Shown: positions 29,523 to 39,793, numbered from the stretch's first letter. The stretch: 64,000 bases of DNA from an uncultured Enterobacteriaceae bacterium (GCA_964393745.1 CAYMVA010000020.1:2467-66466); one strand, 5' to 3'. Made by a program: numbers and translations. The notes: generated from the sequence alone by a model not told the origin.

Positions 29523-29937
29523 GCGGACTTGCTTGAAGCTTGAATTCTACCTAGTGTCGTGCCGGGGAGCGCGGAACAGCGGGCGTCATCGGCCAGAGGT
29601 GCGCAATCACGTCCTCGCGCGGGTGCCCGGCGGGGCAGCCTCGGTCAGATAGAAGCTCTCGGCTGCCCCGCCACCCGCGATCGAGGACGCGCACCAATGT
29701 CCGCTGCCGCCCGCTGCCCCGCGCCTCCCGATGACGCAGCGCGACGCTTGCAACCTTGGGCTGCGCCTCGTTCGACTCGGTTCGGGAGGCGATGATGAGG
29801 GTCCGATCGAACCTCAGAAACCGTGGCGGCTCTCGCCGGGGAATGCGATCTCGTCTTGTTCAACCCAACGCGAATATCTGGATGCGGCGAAATCCGCCGG
29901 CTAGCCGGCTACTGCGTCGTTCACAGATCACAACATT

Positions 29938-30936
29938 TCATTGAATTACTTCATCCGCCCGGATCAGGATCGACTGCGGGATAGTGAGGCCGAGTGTCTT
30001 GGCAGTTTTCAGATTGATCACCAACTCGAAAGTGGTTGGCTGCTCTACAGGCAGGTCGCTTGGTTTGGTTCCGGTAGCCACTCTGATGATAAATCGCGCC
30101 GCGCTGCGATAACTTTGACGGAGGCTTTCTCCATAGCTCATAAGACCGCCCTCGTCCACGAACTCGCGCGCCCAGTAGAAATCCGGCATTCGATTCCTCG
30201 CCGCCAACCGGATGATGGCGAGCCTCGAATTCAACATCAGCGGATCGTCGGACAGGACGAACAACGCACCGGCACCATCGCGCACCGCGGCATCGAACGC
30301 TGCTGGCAATTCTGCGGGGCTGCTGACCTCCAGGCGCGTCAGCTTGATGTTTAGGTTGCGCAGCGGCCTAGAGTCGCTCAGAGTTCTCCACATTCGTGTG
30401 TGCACCGGATTCCTGGAATTGCCAAGCACTGCGACGGTTGTGGATGTCGGCAGTACGCTCGAGAACAACTCGATCATTTTCGGCAGCAGTTCTTCGCCCT
30501 GGCTCGACAATCCCGTGATATTGGCGCCTGGCCTGGCGAGACTGGTGATCAGGCCGTAGCCCACTGGATCGGAAACGTTGGCCATTACGATAGGCGTGGA
30601 TGGCATCGCCTGCTTGGCCACTCCAGTGGAGGGTGTGCAGGTAGTCAATACGGCGTCAAGGTTCATTGCCGCGAGCTGACCGGCCAACTCGTTGGCGCGT
30701 TCTCTCCAAGCGGCTCCGCCGTAGCGGCGCTCGATGGTTAGGTTTTTGCCTTCGACATAACCTCGTTCACGCAGACTCTCCACCAGGGTCTGTTCAAGAT
30801 GGCCGCGCATCTCTATGGTCCCGCTCGAGAGAATGCCTATCCGCAGCGTCCTTTCGGGTTGCTGCGCCTGTGGCGCAGGCAGTTCCCAAAGTGCGAGCAC
30901 CCCAAGCGCGAGGATCAATACTCTGCGTGTTCTCAT
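29938..30936 (-). CDS. Orphan ABC_sub_bind (PF04392-like) periplasmic solute-binding protein
   Basis: 332 aa from ATG 30936 (alternative 30957) with a signal peptide. Family-typical blocks LRIGILSSG, DAVLT, PIVMANVSDPVG, ANITG, FELVINLKTAKTLGLTIP. The gene is about 52-55% GC against about 69% in the flanks. Confidence 0.8.
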   Translation of the reverse strand: MRTRRVLILALGVLALWELPAPQAQQPERTLRIGILSSGTIEMRGHLEQTLVESLRERGYVEGKNLTIERRYGGAAWRERANELAGQLAAMNLDAVLTTCTPSTGVAKQAMPSTPIVMANVSDPVGYGLITSLARPGANITGLSSQGEELLPKMIELFSSVLPTSTTVAVLGNSRNPVHTRMWRTLSDSRPLRNLNIKLTRLEVSSPAELPAAFDAAVRDGAGALFVLSDDPLMLNSRLAIIRLAARNRMPDFYWAREFVDEGGLMSYGESLRQSYRSAARFIIRVATGTKPSDLPVEQPTTFELVINLKTAKTLGLTIPQSILIRADEVIQ

Positions 30937-31235
30937 TCGATTGCTCAATTGATGCACAAAATCGCAGAACCCAGATTCCGAGAGCGACTCCTCTCTGTTC
31001 GTGCAAACGATCGTATCACTGCGGGCCGATGTCGGTATCAGAGCACCGGTGCTGTCACCCGTGAACTGCTCGCACCCCGGGCGATTCCCGCGGCGCAGCG
31101 ATCAGGAAACCGATGTTTCGCACTTCGCTCATCGCCAACTCCCTGACAAACTTTCCGGAAAATCAAAGCGTGGACGACTGCTTCGGGTCGATAGCCGACT
31201 ATGGGACCAGCCAACCTGCGTAATCTCACGGACGA

Positions 31236-33194
31236 TCAAGGAAGTTCTTCGTTGAAGCGATCGGCGCCCGATTTTGCGGAGATCACGCCCAGCCGCTCCT
31301 TGAGCGGCCGCACGGCGCCGCCGACGAGCTGCGAGTAGTACATCGTGTTGGCCATCACGTTCTTGACGTAGTCGCGTGTCTCGTTGAACGGGATGGTTTC
31401 GGCGTACACCGCGCCCTCGAGCGGGCGCGCGTCGCGCCAGCGCCGCGCCCGGCCCGGGCCGGCGTTGTAGGCCGCCGAAGCGAGCACCGGGTGGCCGAGA
31501 TCGTCGAGCACCAGCTTGAGGTAGCGAGTGCCCAGGGTGACGTTGGTCTGGACCTCGAGCACCTTGGCGCCGTTGATCTCGCGCACGCCGGCGCGCTTCG
31601 CCACCCAGCGCGCGGTCGCCGGCATGAGCTGCATCAGCCCCTGCGCCCCCGCCGAGGACTTCGCCTTGACGATGAAGCGGCTCTCCTGGCGCACCAGCCC
31701 GAGCACCCAGGCCTCCTCCAAGTCGTGGGCGCGCGCCTGCTCGCGGAACACCTCGCGGAACGGCGCCAGGTACCTCAGCTTGTAGTTGTGCTGGTGCTTG
31801 GTGCGATCCGCCGTGCTGATCGCGCGGTCGAACACCTCGGCGCGCAGCGCGACCTCGGCTGCGGCGATAAGTTGCGCGTCCTCCATCCTGCGCACGGTGA
31901 AGCGCCATTCGCGCGACGCCTCGGTGCGCAGCTCGAGCCGGTACATTTCCAGGGCGCGCGCGATACCCGGGTTGCGCTTCGCCTCGGCTACCTCGTCCTC
32001 GGCCGGAACATGGAACGGCTCGGGCACCGCCACCATGTAGCCGAGCTCCTCGGCGGCGAGCAGTCCGTAGAATCTCGGTTGCCCGGAGATCCTCAGGTAG
32101 TAGGCGCGCGCGCCGTCGCCGTTGCCCTGCGCCGCGAGCGCGCGGCCGTACCAGTAGCTCCAAGCCGGATCCTGGCGCGCCTTGGCCGACATCGGGTCGA
32201 TGGCGTCGCGCACCATCTGCCAGTTGGCGCTGCGCAGCGCAGCGCGCGCCTTCCACGCCAGCTTTTCGTCGCCGAGCCCGGTTTCGCCGGCGCGTTTGAA
32301 CCAATCGGTGGCTTCGGCGTCGTGGCGCCGCGCCGCCTCGTAGCCGAGCTGGCCCCAGAGATATTGCTGGTCCGGCTGCGGCAGGCGCGTGCCGAGTGCG
32401 CCGCGCAGCACCTCGGCCGCGGCCTGCGGGTCGCTGCGCGCGAGGCGCACCACCGCGAACAGCACCATCTCGCGCGTGGCGCGCCGCTCGAGATTGCGCG
32501 GCGGGCTTGCAAGCAGCTTCTGCGGCGCGGTGGCTGCCTGGTTGAGCAGCCGCTCGTCGTGCGTCTCGCCTGCGGGCAGGTTGGCGAGCCAGCGCCTTGC
32601 CGCCGAGAGCCTGCCGTTCTCGAGCAGCAACCGCGCGCGCTGCCACAACTCGTCGGTTGAAACCTTGCCATCGCCGACCAACTTCTCGGCGAGCGTGCCG
32701 CAGCCATCGGGCAGTTCCTTCGGCTCGAGCAGGATCTCGCGCGCTTCCTCAAAGGCGCTGGCATCGGAGCGCGCCAGGCGCGAGAGCCACGCGTAGCAGC
32801 GCATCTCGAAGTCGTCCTGCAGCAGCGCGGCGAACTCCCGGTCGAAGCTCTGCCAGTCGCCTTTGCTGCCGAGCGAGCGCAGCCAGTCGGCGCGCAACTG
32901 GTCGGCGAGGTAACTGCCGGCGTGCTGCTGCAAGAAAGCCTGCAGCTCCCGCACCGGCGTATCCTCGAGCCGCAGCTTCATGCGCCAGAACTCGACCCAG
33001 GGCTCCAGCACGTGCCCTTGCAGGGCGGCGGCGTGCTTGCCCAGGCGCACTGCGTCGCCGGCCATGAAGGCTGCATGCGCGCCGAGCATCGCTTCGTCGG
33101 TGCGCGAGGCGGGTGGCGCTTTCTTGGGCGCCGCGGCGGCCGCGCCGGTGGCGAGCGCGAACGCCGTCATGATGAGGAAATGCCGCAAAATCAT
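31236..33194 (-). CDS. slt: Soluble lytic murein transglycosylase (Slt70 family)
   Basis: 652 aa with a signal peptide, superhelical repeats, and a catalytic domain (LVRQESRF, GLMQLMP, AYNAGPG). Confidence 0.9.
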   Translation of the reverse strand: MILRHFLIMTAFALATGAAAAAPKKAPPASRTDEAMLGAHAAFMAGDAVRLGKHAAALQGHVLEPWVEFWRMKLRLEDTPVRELQAFLQQHAGSYLADQLRADWLRSLGSKGDWQSFDREFAALLQDDFEMRCYAWLSRLARSDASAFEEAREILLEPKELPDGCGTLAEKLVGDGKVSTDELWQRARLLLENGRLSAARRWLANLPAGETHDERLLNQAATAPQKLLASPPRNLERRATREMVLFAVVRLARSDPQAAAEVLRGALGTRLPQPDQQYLWGQLGYEAARRHDAEATDWFKRAGETGLGDEKLAWKARAALRSANWQMVRDAIDPMSAKARQDPAWSYWYGRALAAQGNGDGARAYYLRISGQPRFYGLLAAEELGYMVAVPEPFHVPAEDEVAEAKRNPGIARALEMYRLELRTEASREWRFTVRRMEDAQLIAAAEVALRAEVFDRAISTADRTKHQHNYKLRYLAPFREVFREQARAHDLEEAWVLGLVRQESRFIVKAKSSAGAQGLMQLMPATARWVAKRAGVREINGAKVLEVQTNVTLGTRYLKLVLDDLGHPVLASAAYNAGPGRARRWRDARPLEGAVYAETIPFNETRDYVKNVMANTMYYSQLVGGAVRPLKERLGVISAKSGADRFNEELP

Positions 33195-33217
33195 GGACTA
33201 AGCATAGCACGCACACC

Positions 33218-33817
33218 ATGCGACCCGAGGCGATCAAGGAGTTCCGCAAGCGCGAGCGCGAGCGCCTCATCGCGGCGCGCGAAGCGCTCGATGACGCTAC
33301 CGCGGGCCGGTACCGGCAGCAGATTGACGCGCACCTGGAGCGCGTGTTCGCCTCCCTGTCCGAGAGCCCGGTCGCTTTCTGCTGGCCGATCCGCAACGAA
33401 TACGACGCGCGCCATTTCTCAGCAACGCTCAGGCGCCGCGGCACGTTGACCGCGCTGCCGGTGGTGATCGGGCCGGGCCACCAGCTCGCGTTCCGCGAAT
33501 GGCATTCGGGCGTGATCCTCGAAACCGGCCCGCTCGGCATTCCCTACCCCGCCGAATCGCGCGTCTTGATTCCGCGAGTGCTGGTGCTGCCGATGGTCGG
33601 CTTCGACGAGCAGGGCTACCGGCTCGGCTACGGCGGCGCCTATTTCGACCGCACGCTCGCCGGCATGCAGCCAAAACCGGTCGCAATCGGCGTCGCCTAC
33701 GAGCTCGCGCGCCTCGCCACCATCCACCCGCAAAGCTGGGACGTGCCGATGGACTGGGTGGTGACCGAGCGCGGCGCCTACCGGCGCGAAGGCGGCGCGC
33801 TAGCCTTGCAGCAGTAA
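33218..33817 (+). CDS. 5-formyltetrahydrofolate cyclo-ligase
   Basis: 199 aa with a family-typical C-terminal block (LPMVGFDEQGYRLGYGGAYFDRTL). Confidence 0.85.
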   Translation: MRPEAIKEFRKRERERLIAAREALDDATAGRYRQQIDAHLERVFASLSESPVAFCWPIRNEYDARHFSATLRRRGTLTALPVVIGPGHQLAFREWHSGVILETGPLGIPYPAESRVLIPRVLVLPMVGFDEQGYRLGYGGAYFDRTLAGMQPKPVAIGVAYELARLATIHPQSWDVPMDWVVTERGAYRREGGALALQQ

Positions 33818-33859
33818 GGCGGCCAACGCGCCGATTCGCAGCGTCCTCGCGCAATGCCT

Positions 33860-33880
33860 GCCCCCGACAGGATCGGGGGC
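33860..33880. terminator. GC-rich hairpin GCCCCCGA-cagga-TCGGGGGC between convergent genes
   Basis: Perfect 8-bp stem read directly, with no clear U-tract. It is part of a 32-nt segment repeated at 42547-42578. Confidence 0.5.
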
Positions 33881-33890
33881 GGGGACCCGG

Positions 33891-34553
33891 CTAGCGCTTG
33901 CGCGCCAGGGTGAGGCCGTCGCCGATCGGCACCAGCGACATGTCCACGCGCGGGTCGCGCAGCAGTTTGCGGTTGAAGGCGCGGATGTAAGGCGTATCGG
34001 GCTCGCGGTCGCGCGGATCTGCGACGCGCCCGTACCAGAGCGTGTTGTCCGCCGCGATCAGGCCGCCCCGGCGCACGAGCTTCAGGCAGCGCTCGTAGTA
34101 CTTGGCGTAGTTCGATTTGTCGGCGTCGATGAAGGCGAAGTCGTACTTGCCGGCGCCGCCGCGCGCGAGCAGTGTATCGAGCGTCTGCAACGCTGGCGCC
34201 AGACGCAGATCGATCTTGCGTTCGACGCCCGCTTTGTTCCAGAAACGGCGCGCGATCGCGGTCCACGATTCGTTCACATCGCAGCACACAATGCGCCCGT
34301 TCTTCGGCAGCGCGAGCGCTATCGCGAGCGCCGAATATCCGGTAAAGGTTCCGACTTCGATGCAGCGCCTCGCGCCCACCAAGCGCACCAGCAGCTGCAG
34401 CAGCGGCCCCTGCTCGGGCGCGATCTGCATGCCGGCGCGCGGCAGGTCCCGGGTTGCGGCACGCAACGCGCGCTGCAAGCTGGTCTCGCGCACCGCGTTG
34501 GCGAGCATGTATGCGTGCATGCGCCGCGGCATGAAAAGCGTCCTGGCAGTCAT
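33891..34553 (-). CDS. Class I SAM-dependent O-methyltransferase (caffeoyl-CoA OMT-like)
   Basis: 220 aa from ATG 34553. SAM motif I IEVGTFTGYSAL, followed by DFAFIDADK. The ORF-track entry 33891-36188 is a run-on into an alternative frame of ilvA. Confidence 0.85.
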   Translation of the reverse strand: MTARTLFMPRRMHAYMLANAVRETSLQRALRAATRDLPRAGMQIAPEQGPLLQLLVRLVGARRCIEVGTFTGYSALAIALALPKNGRIVCCDVNESWTAIARRFWNKAGVERKIDLRLAPALQTLDTLLARGGAGKYDFAFIDADKSNYAKYYERCLKLVRRGGLIAADNTLWYGRVADPRDREPDTPYIRAFNRKLLRDPRVDMSLVPIGDGLTLARKR

Positions 34554-36103
34554 CAGGCGAGGAACAGCCGGTAGGCGGGATTGCGCGTCGCGTCTGCGTA
34601 GGGGTAGCCGAGCCGCTCGAGGAAGCGCCGGAATTCGCGCAGCTCGCTCTTGGGCACTTGCATGCCGACCAGGATCGAGCCGTAGTCGGCGCCCAGGTTG
34701 CGGTAGTGGAACAGGCTGATGTTCCAGCCCGGGTTCATGGTGGAGAGAAATTTCATGAGCGCGCCGCGGCGCTCCGGAAATTCGAAGCGGTAGAGCAACT
34801 CGCGGGATGCCTGCGCATCGCTTGCGCGTGCTGCACCCTGCGTGGCGCGCGGCAAGTGGCCGCCGATCATGTGGCGCATATGGCCTTTGGCGACCTCGTC
34901 GTCCGACAGGTCGAGGGTGCGGAAGCCGCCGCGGCGCAGCGCGCGCACGATGCGCGCGCTTTCGTCGCGGTCGTGCACGGTTACGCCGACGAAAATGTGC
35001 GCCTCGCGCGGGTCCGACATGCGGTAGTTGAACTCGGTGATGTTGCGCCCGCCCAACGCGCGGCAGAAGCGCCGGAAGCTGCCGCGCTGCTCCGGAATGG
35101 TCACCGCCAGCACTGCCTCGCGGTGCTCGCCCACCTCGGCGCGCTCGGCGATGAAGCGCAGGCGGTCGAAATTGGTGTTGGCGCCGCAGGCCACCGCCAC
35201 CAGCGTCTTGCCGCGCACGCCATGTCGCTCGACCCAGGCCTTGGCGCCGGCGATCGCGAGCGCCCCGGAAGGCTCCAGCACCACGCGCGTGTCCTCGAAC
35301 ACGTCCTTGATCGCGGCGCACATCTCGTCGGTGTCGACGCGCACCATCTCGTCCACGAACTTGCGCGCCAAGCGGAAGGTTTCCTTGCCCACCTGCTTCA
35401 CCGCGACGCCGTCGGCGAACAGGCCGACGTGCTCGAGCACCACGCGCCGCCCCGCCTTGAGCGAGCGCGTCATGGCATCCGAATCCACCGGCTCGACGCC
35501 GATCACGCGCACCGATGGCTTGAGGCGCTTGACGTAAGCGGCGATGCCCGAGATCAGGCCGCCGCCGCCCACGGCGACGAAGATGGCGTGGATCGGGCGC
35601 GTGGTCTGGCGCAGGATCTCCATGCCGATCGTGCCCTGTCCGGCGATCACGTCCGGATCGTCGTAGGGATGCACGAAGGTGAGGCCGAGCCGGCGCTTGA
35701 GCTTCATGGCGTGGCGGTAGGCCTCGGCGAAGGTGTCGCCGTGCAGCACCGCCTTGGCGCCGCGCTGCGCCACCGCCTCGACCTTGATGCGCGGCGTGGT
35801 CACCGGCATCACGATCACCGCGCGGCAGCCGAGCTTCTGCGCCGCCAGCGCCACCCCTTGCGCGTGGTTGCCGGCGCTCGCCGCGATGACGCCGCGCGCG
35901 AGCCTGGCCGCGGGCAGGTTCACCATCTTGTTGTAGGCGCCGCGCAGCTTGAACGAGAATACCGGCTGCAAATCCTCGCGCTTGAGCAGGATGCGGTTGC
36001 CCAGGCGCCGCGACAGCCCGGGCGCGACTTCGAGCGGCGTCTGCTGCGCCACGTCGTAGACGCGCGCGGCGAGGATGCGCTCCAGATAATCGATTTTCTT
36101 CAT
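34553..36103 (-). CDS. ilvA: Biosynthetic threonine ammonia-lyase
   Basis: 516 aa with PLP-Lys context FSFKLRGA and two C-terminal ACT-like regulatory domains. Confidence 0.93.
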   Translation of the reverse strand: MKKIDYLERILAARVYDVAQQTPLEVAPGLSRRLGNRILLKREDLQPVFSFKLRGAYNKMVNLPAARLARGVIAASAGNHAQGVALAAQKLGCRAVIVMPVTTPRIKVEAVAQRGAKAVLHGDTFAEAYRHAMKLKRRLGLTFVHPYDDPDVIAGQGTIGMEILRQTTRPIHAIFVAVGGGGLISGIAAYVKRLKPSVRVIGVEPVDSDAMTRSLKAGRRVVLEHVGLFADGVAVKQVGKETFRLARKFVDEMVRVDTDEMCAAIKDVFEDTRVVLEPSGALAIAGAKAWVERHGVRGKTLVAVACGANTNFDRLRFIAERAEVGEHREAVLAVTIPEQRGSFRRFCRALGGRNITEFNYRMSDPREAHIFVGVTVHDRDESARIVRALRRGGFRTLDLSDDEVAKGHMRHMIGGHLPRATQGAARASDAQASRELLYRFEFPERRGALMKFLSTMNPGWNISLFHYRNLGADYGSILVGMQVPKSELREFRRFLERLGYPYADATRNPAYRLFLA

Positions 36104-36120
36104 CGCGCGAGGGTAGCACA

Positions 36121-36534
36121 GTGGAATTCCTGACCTCCCCCGAGGGTGGTCTCGCAGGGCTCGCCCTGGCGAGTTTTCTCGCCGCCACGGTAGTGCCGCT
36201 TTCCTCCGAGGCGGTGCTGTTCGGTTACCTCAAGCTGCACCCCGACCATGCTGCCGCCGCGATCATGATCGCCACCGCCGCCAACACCGCCGGCGGCATG
36301 ACCTCCTACCTGCTGGGGCGGCTGCTGCCCGAGCGCGCGCAGAAAAAACTCGACCCGCGCGCGCTCGCCTGGCTCAAGCGCCATGGCAGCCCGGCAACTT
36401 TCTTCGCCTGGTTGCCGCTGGTGGGCGATGCGCTGTGCATCGCGGCCGGATGGCTGCGGCTCAACTGGCTCGCCGCGCTCGGCTTCATGGCCGCCGGGCG
36501 GCTATTGCGCTACTTGCTGATCGCCGCGCTGTAA
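36121..36534 (+). CDS. YqaA-family (DedA/SNARE-associated-like) membrane protein
   Basis: 137 aa from a GTG start, with 4 TM helices and a YqaA-like pattern (VVPLSSEAVL). Confidence 0.7.
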   Translation: MEFLTSPEGGLAGLALASFLAATVVPLSSEAVLFGYLKLHPDHAAAAIMIATAANTAGGMTSYLLGRLLPERAQKKLDPRALAWLKRHGSPATFFAWLPLVGDALCIAAGWLRLNWLAALGFMAAGRLLRYLLIAAL

Positions 36535-36553
36535 GCCCGACGCCAGCACGGCA

Positions 36554-36578
36554 AAGTGTAAAGTCTGACTTTACACTT
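36554..36578. repeat. AT-rich perfect palindrome, family copy 3 (AAGTGTAAAGTCTGACTTTACACTT)
   Basis: 10-bp arms with a 5-nt loop, between the convergent stops of yqaA (36534) and uvrD (36585). Confidence 0.9.
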
Positions 36579-36584
36579 CGGCCG

Positions 36585-38801
36585 TCAGGCGGCCTCGAGC
36601 TTGGCCACCGCCACCGCCAGCCACTTGACGCCGAGCTTGCCGAAGTTGACTTGCACGCGCGCGTCGTTGCCGTGGCCCTCGGCGTCGATGACTACGCCGT
36701 CGCCGAACTTGGGGTGGGTGACGTTCTGGCCGATGCGAAAACCCGCGCTGCGCTCGGCCTCGGCGCGAAAGCCACGCTCGACGCGCTTGGGCGCGGCGTA
36801 CGCCGAGGATGCGGGCGAGGTGAACGCCTGCCGGCGCTCGCCGGCGAAGCGCGGCGTGAGCCACTTCTTCAGGCCCTCGGGAACCTCCTCGAGGAACCTC
36901 GACGCGAGGTGGTAGCGCGTCTGGCCGTGCAGCATGCGCGTCTGCGCGAACGACAGGTAAAGTCGGTTTCGCGCGCGCGTGATCGCGACGTACGCAAGCC
37001 GCCGCTCCTCCTCCAGGCCGTCCTTCTCCACCAGGCTCTGCTCGTGCGGAAACAGGCCTTCCTCCAGGCCGGTGAGGAACACGGCGCTGAATTCCAGGCC
37101 CTTGGCCGAGTGCACCGTCATCATCTGCAGCGCGTCCTGGCCTTCGCCCGCCTGGTGATCGCCCGCTTCGAGCGCGGCGTGGCTGAGGAACGCGGTGAGC
37201 GGCTCCACCGTCTGGCCCGCATCCGGCGCCGCCTCGCTCGCGCCGGTCTCGAGGCCCGTGTTGCGCTCCTCTGAGTCGAACGCGGTGGCGGCGTTCACCA
37301 GCTCGCCCAGGTTCTCGATGCGGTCGGCGCCCTCGCGCTCGGACTTGTAGTGCTCGATCAGCCCCGAACGCGCCACCACGTGCTCGACCTTCTCGGCGAG
37401 CGGCAGCGCTGCGGTCTCGGTGCGCAGCGACTCGATCAACGAGCGGAACGCCGCCAGCGATTGCGCCGCGCGTCCCGAGAGCGCGTCCATCGCTTGCCAC
37501 TGGCTGGTGGCGCGCGCCTTGGCGGCGTCCTGCAGCGCTTCGATCGAGCGCGCGCCGATGCCGCGCGGCGGGAAATTCGCCACGCGCAGGAAGGCGTTGT
37601 CGTCATCGGGCGAAGCGACCAGGCGCAGGTAGGCGAGCGCGTGCTTTACCTCGGCGCGCTCGAAGAAGCGCAGGCCGCCGTAGACGCGGTACGGCAGCTG
37701 CGCGCCGAACAGCGCGTGCTCGATGACGCGCGATTGCGCATTCGACCGGTACAGCACCGCGATCTCCGCGAGGCGCATGCCATCGCGCCTGAGCGCCTCG
37801 ACTTCGTCGGCGATGAAGTGCGCCTCCTCGGCGTCCGACTGTCCCTCGTAGACGCGCACCGGCTCGCCGCGCCCGGCTGCGGTCCACAAGTTTTTGCCCA
37901 AACGCTTGCGGTTGTTGGCAATGAGCGCGTTGGCGGCGTCCAGGATGTTGCCGTGCGAGCGGTAGTTCTGCTCCAGGCGGATGACGCGGGCGATGGCGAA
38001 CTCGCGCTCGAAGTCGGCCATGTTGCCGACGTTGGCGCCCCTGAACGCATAGATCGATTGATCATCGTCCCCGACACCGAACATGCAGGCGCCGGGGCCG
38101 GCGAGCAATTTCAACCAGCGGTATTGCAGGCGGTTGGTGTCCTGGAACTCGTCCACCAGGATGTGGCGGAAGCGCGCCCGGTAATGCTCGCGCAGGATCT
38201 CGTTGCGCGCCAGCAGCTCGTAGCTGCGCAGCAGCAGCTCGGCGAAATCGACCACACCTTCGCGCTGGCACTGCTCGTCGTAGGCGGCGTACAGGTCGGC
38301 GAAGCGACGCGTCAGCTCGTCGGTCACATGAATGTCGCGTGCGCGCAGGCCCTCTTCCTTGCGCGCGCTGATGAAATACTGCAGCTCGCGCGGCGCGAAG
38401 CGGTCTTCGTCCACGTCCAGCGACCGGCACAGGCGCTTCACCGCCGCCAGCTGGTCCTGCTGATCGAGGATCTGGAACTCGCGCGCCAACCCCGCTTCCT
38501 GGTGGTGCGCGCGCAGCATGCGGTTGCAAAGCCCGTGGAAAGTGCCGATCCACATGCCGCGCGGATTGAGCGGCAGCATCGCGGTCAGGCGCGTGAGCAT
38601 CTCGCGCGCCGCCTTGTTGGTGAAGGTGACCGCCAGCACGCCGCCGGGCGAGACCTTGCCCGATTTGATCAGCCAGGCGATGCGCGTGGTGAGCACGCGC
38701 GTCTTGCCGCTGCCGGCGCCGGCGAGCACCAGCGCGTGCTCATCGGGCAGCGTGACGGCGGCGAGTTGCTCCGGGTTGAGGTGTTCGAGATGCAGCGACA
38801 A
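36585..38801 (-). CDS. uvrD: DNA helicase II
   Basis: 738 aa starting MSLHLEHLNPEQLAAV, with Walker A AGAGSGKT and UvrD/Rep motifs throughout. Confidence 0.93.
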   Translation of the reverse strand: MSLHLEHLNPEQLAAVTLPDEHALVLAGAGSGKTRVLTTRIAWLIKSGKVSPGGVLAVTFTNKAAREMLTRLTAMLPLNPRGMWIGTFHGLCNRMLRAHHQEAGLAREFQILDQQDQLAAVKRLCRSLDVDEDRFAPRELQYFISARKEEGLRARDIHVTDELTRRFADLYAAYDEQCQREGVVDFAELLLRSYELLARNEILREHYRARFRHILVDEFQDTNRLQYRWLKLLAGPGACMFGVGDDDQSIYAFRGANVGNMADFEREFAIARVIRLEQNYRSHGNILDAANALIANNRKRLGKNLWTAAGRGEPVRVYEGQSDAEEAHFIADEVEALRRDGMRLAEIAVLYRSNAQSRVIEHALFGAQLPYRVYGGLRFFERAEVKHALAYLRLVASPDDDNAFLRVANFPPRGIGARSIEALQDAAKARATSQWQAMDALSGRAAQSLAAFRSLIESLRTETAALPLAEKVEHVVARSGLIEHYKSEREGADRIENLGELVNAATAFDSEERNTGLETGASEAAPDAGQTVEPLTAFLSHAALEAGDHQAGEGQDALQMMTVHSAKGLEFSAVFLTGLEEGLFPHEQSLVEKDGLEEERRLAYVAITRARNRLYLSFAQTRMLHGQTRYHLASRFLEEVPEGLKKWLTPRFAGERRQAFTSPASSAYAAPKRVERGFRAEAERSAGFRIGQNVTHPKFGDGVVIDAEGHGNDARVQVNFGKLGVKWLAVAVAKLEAA

Positions 38802-38839
38802 AGCGCGCGGATTTTACCGCGGCGCACTGCCCCGCAGAA

Positions 38840-39793
38840 TCAATCGATGCGGATGTTGAGCTGCTTGATGAGTCGCCCGTATTTCTCGAAATCGTCGCGA
38901 TACAGGTTGGCGAACTGCTCCGGCGTGCCGCCCACCGGATCCAGGCCATTTTGCGCGAAGCGCTCGCGGATCGCGGGATCGGCCATCGCGCGCACGATTT
39001 CCGCGTTCAGGCGCAGCACCGCCTCTTTGGGCGCTGCCGCGGGCGCGAACAGGCCGAGCCACTGATCGAGCACCAGCCCTGCGAAGCCCGCTTCCTCGTA
39101 AGTCGGCACATCGGGCAGCGATGCGGAGCGCGCGCGCGTGGTCTGGGCGAGGATGCGCAGCTTGCCGGCGCGGTAGTGCGGCAGCAGCGGCGTATTGCCC
39201 AGGGACCCGAGCGGCACCTGGCCGCCCAACAGGTCAATCACCGCCTGGCCGCCGCCTTTGTAGGGCACGTGCGTCAGGCGGATGCCGGCGAGCTGCGCAA
39301 ACCATTCCGCCGCCATGTGCTGCAGCGAGCCGGCGCCGGATGTGGCGAACGCGAGTCCCGGCTCGCGCTTTGCCAGCTCCACCAGTTCCCGGATTGTCTG
39401 TACGCCGAGCGATGGATGCGCCGCCAGCACCACCGGCTGGCGCGAGAACTGCACGATCGGAACCAGGTCTTTGGCCGGCTCGAAGGAAAGCTTGTACAGG
39501 TGCGGATTGGACGCCAGCCCGTCGGACGTGGCGAGCAGCGTATGCCCATCCGGCGCAGCTTTCACCACCGCTTCGGCGCCGACGTTGCCCGCTGCGCCAG
39601 CGCGGTTCTCGACCACCACTGATTGGCCGAGCGCCGGCGAGATCTTGTCGGCGAGTGTGCGCGTGATGATATCGGTCGAGCCGCCGGGCGGAAACGCGAC
39701 GATGATGCGGATCGTTCTCTGCGGCCAGGACTGCGCCTGCGCCGCGCCGGCGGCGAGGGCGAGGACTGCGAGTGCGAAACGAACGAAGCGCAT
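38840..39793 (-). CDS. Bug/TctC-family tripartite tricarboxylate transporter substrate-binding protein (orphan)
   Basis: 317 aa with a signal peptide and the motifs [22 protein letters not shown]. Confidence 0.88.
   Translation of the reverse strand: MRFVRFALAVLALAAGAAQAQSWPQRTIRIIVAFPPGGSTDIITRTLADKISPALGQSVVVENRAGAAGNVGAEAVVKAAPDGHTLLATSDGLASNPHLYKLSFEPAKDLVPIVQFSRQPVVLAAHPSLGVQTIRELVELAKREPGLAFATSGAGSLQHMAAEWFAQLAGIRLTHVPYKGGGQAVIDLLGGQVPLGSLGNTPLLPHYRAGKLRILAQTTRARSASLPDVPTYEEAGFAGLVLDQWLGLFAPAAAPKEAVLRLNAEIVRAMADPAIRERFAQNGLDPVGGTPEQFANLYRDDFEKYGRLIKQLNIRID

Noticed and set aside
31055-31132. 25-codon ORF (MSEVRNIGFLIAAPRESPGVRAVHG) with a GGGAG Shine-Dalgarno upstream of the orphan SBP gene
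   Set aside because: It is too short and has no recognisable family, and I cannot assess its conservation. It could be a gene remnant in the low-GC islet but is not supportable as a feature.
29523-31260. Low-GC islet as a mobile genetic element
   Set aside because: No integrase, transposase, terminal inverted repeats, flanking direct repeats or adjacent tRNA could be recognised by eye. It is reported only as a compositional islet.
33195-33217. Expected 6S RNA (ssrS) upstream of the 5-formyltetrahydrofolate cyclo-ligase gene
   Set aside because: In many proteobacteria ssrS precedes ygfA. Here only 23 nt separate it from the divergent slt start, which leaves no room for a ~180-nt RNA.
33891-36188. 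765-aa minus-strand ORF spanning the OMT and ilvA regions
   Set aside because: Only the last 220 codons (33891-34553) make a coherent O-methyltransferase. The upstream part is an alternative frame of ilvA, whose own frame (34553-36103) gives a textbook threonine dehydratase.
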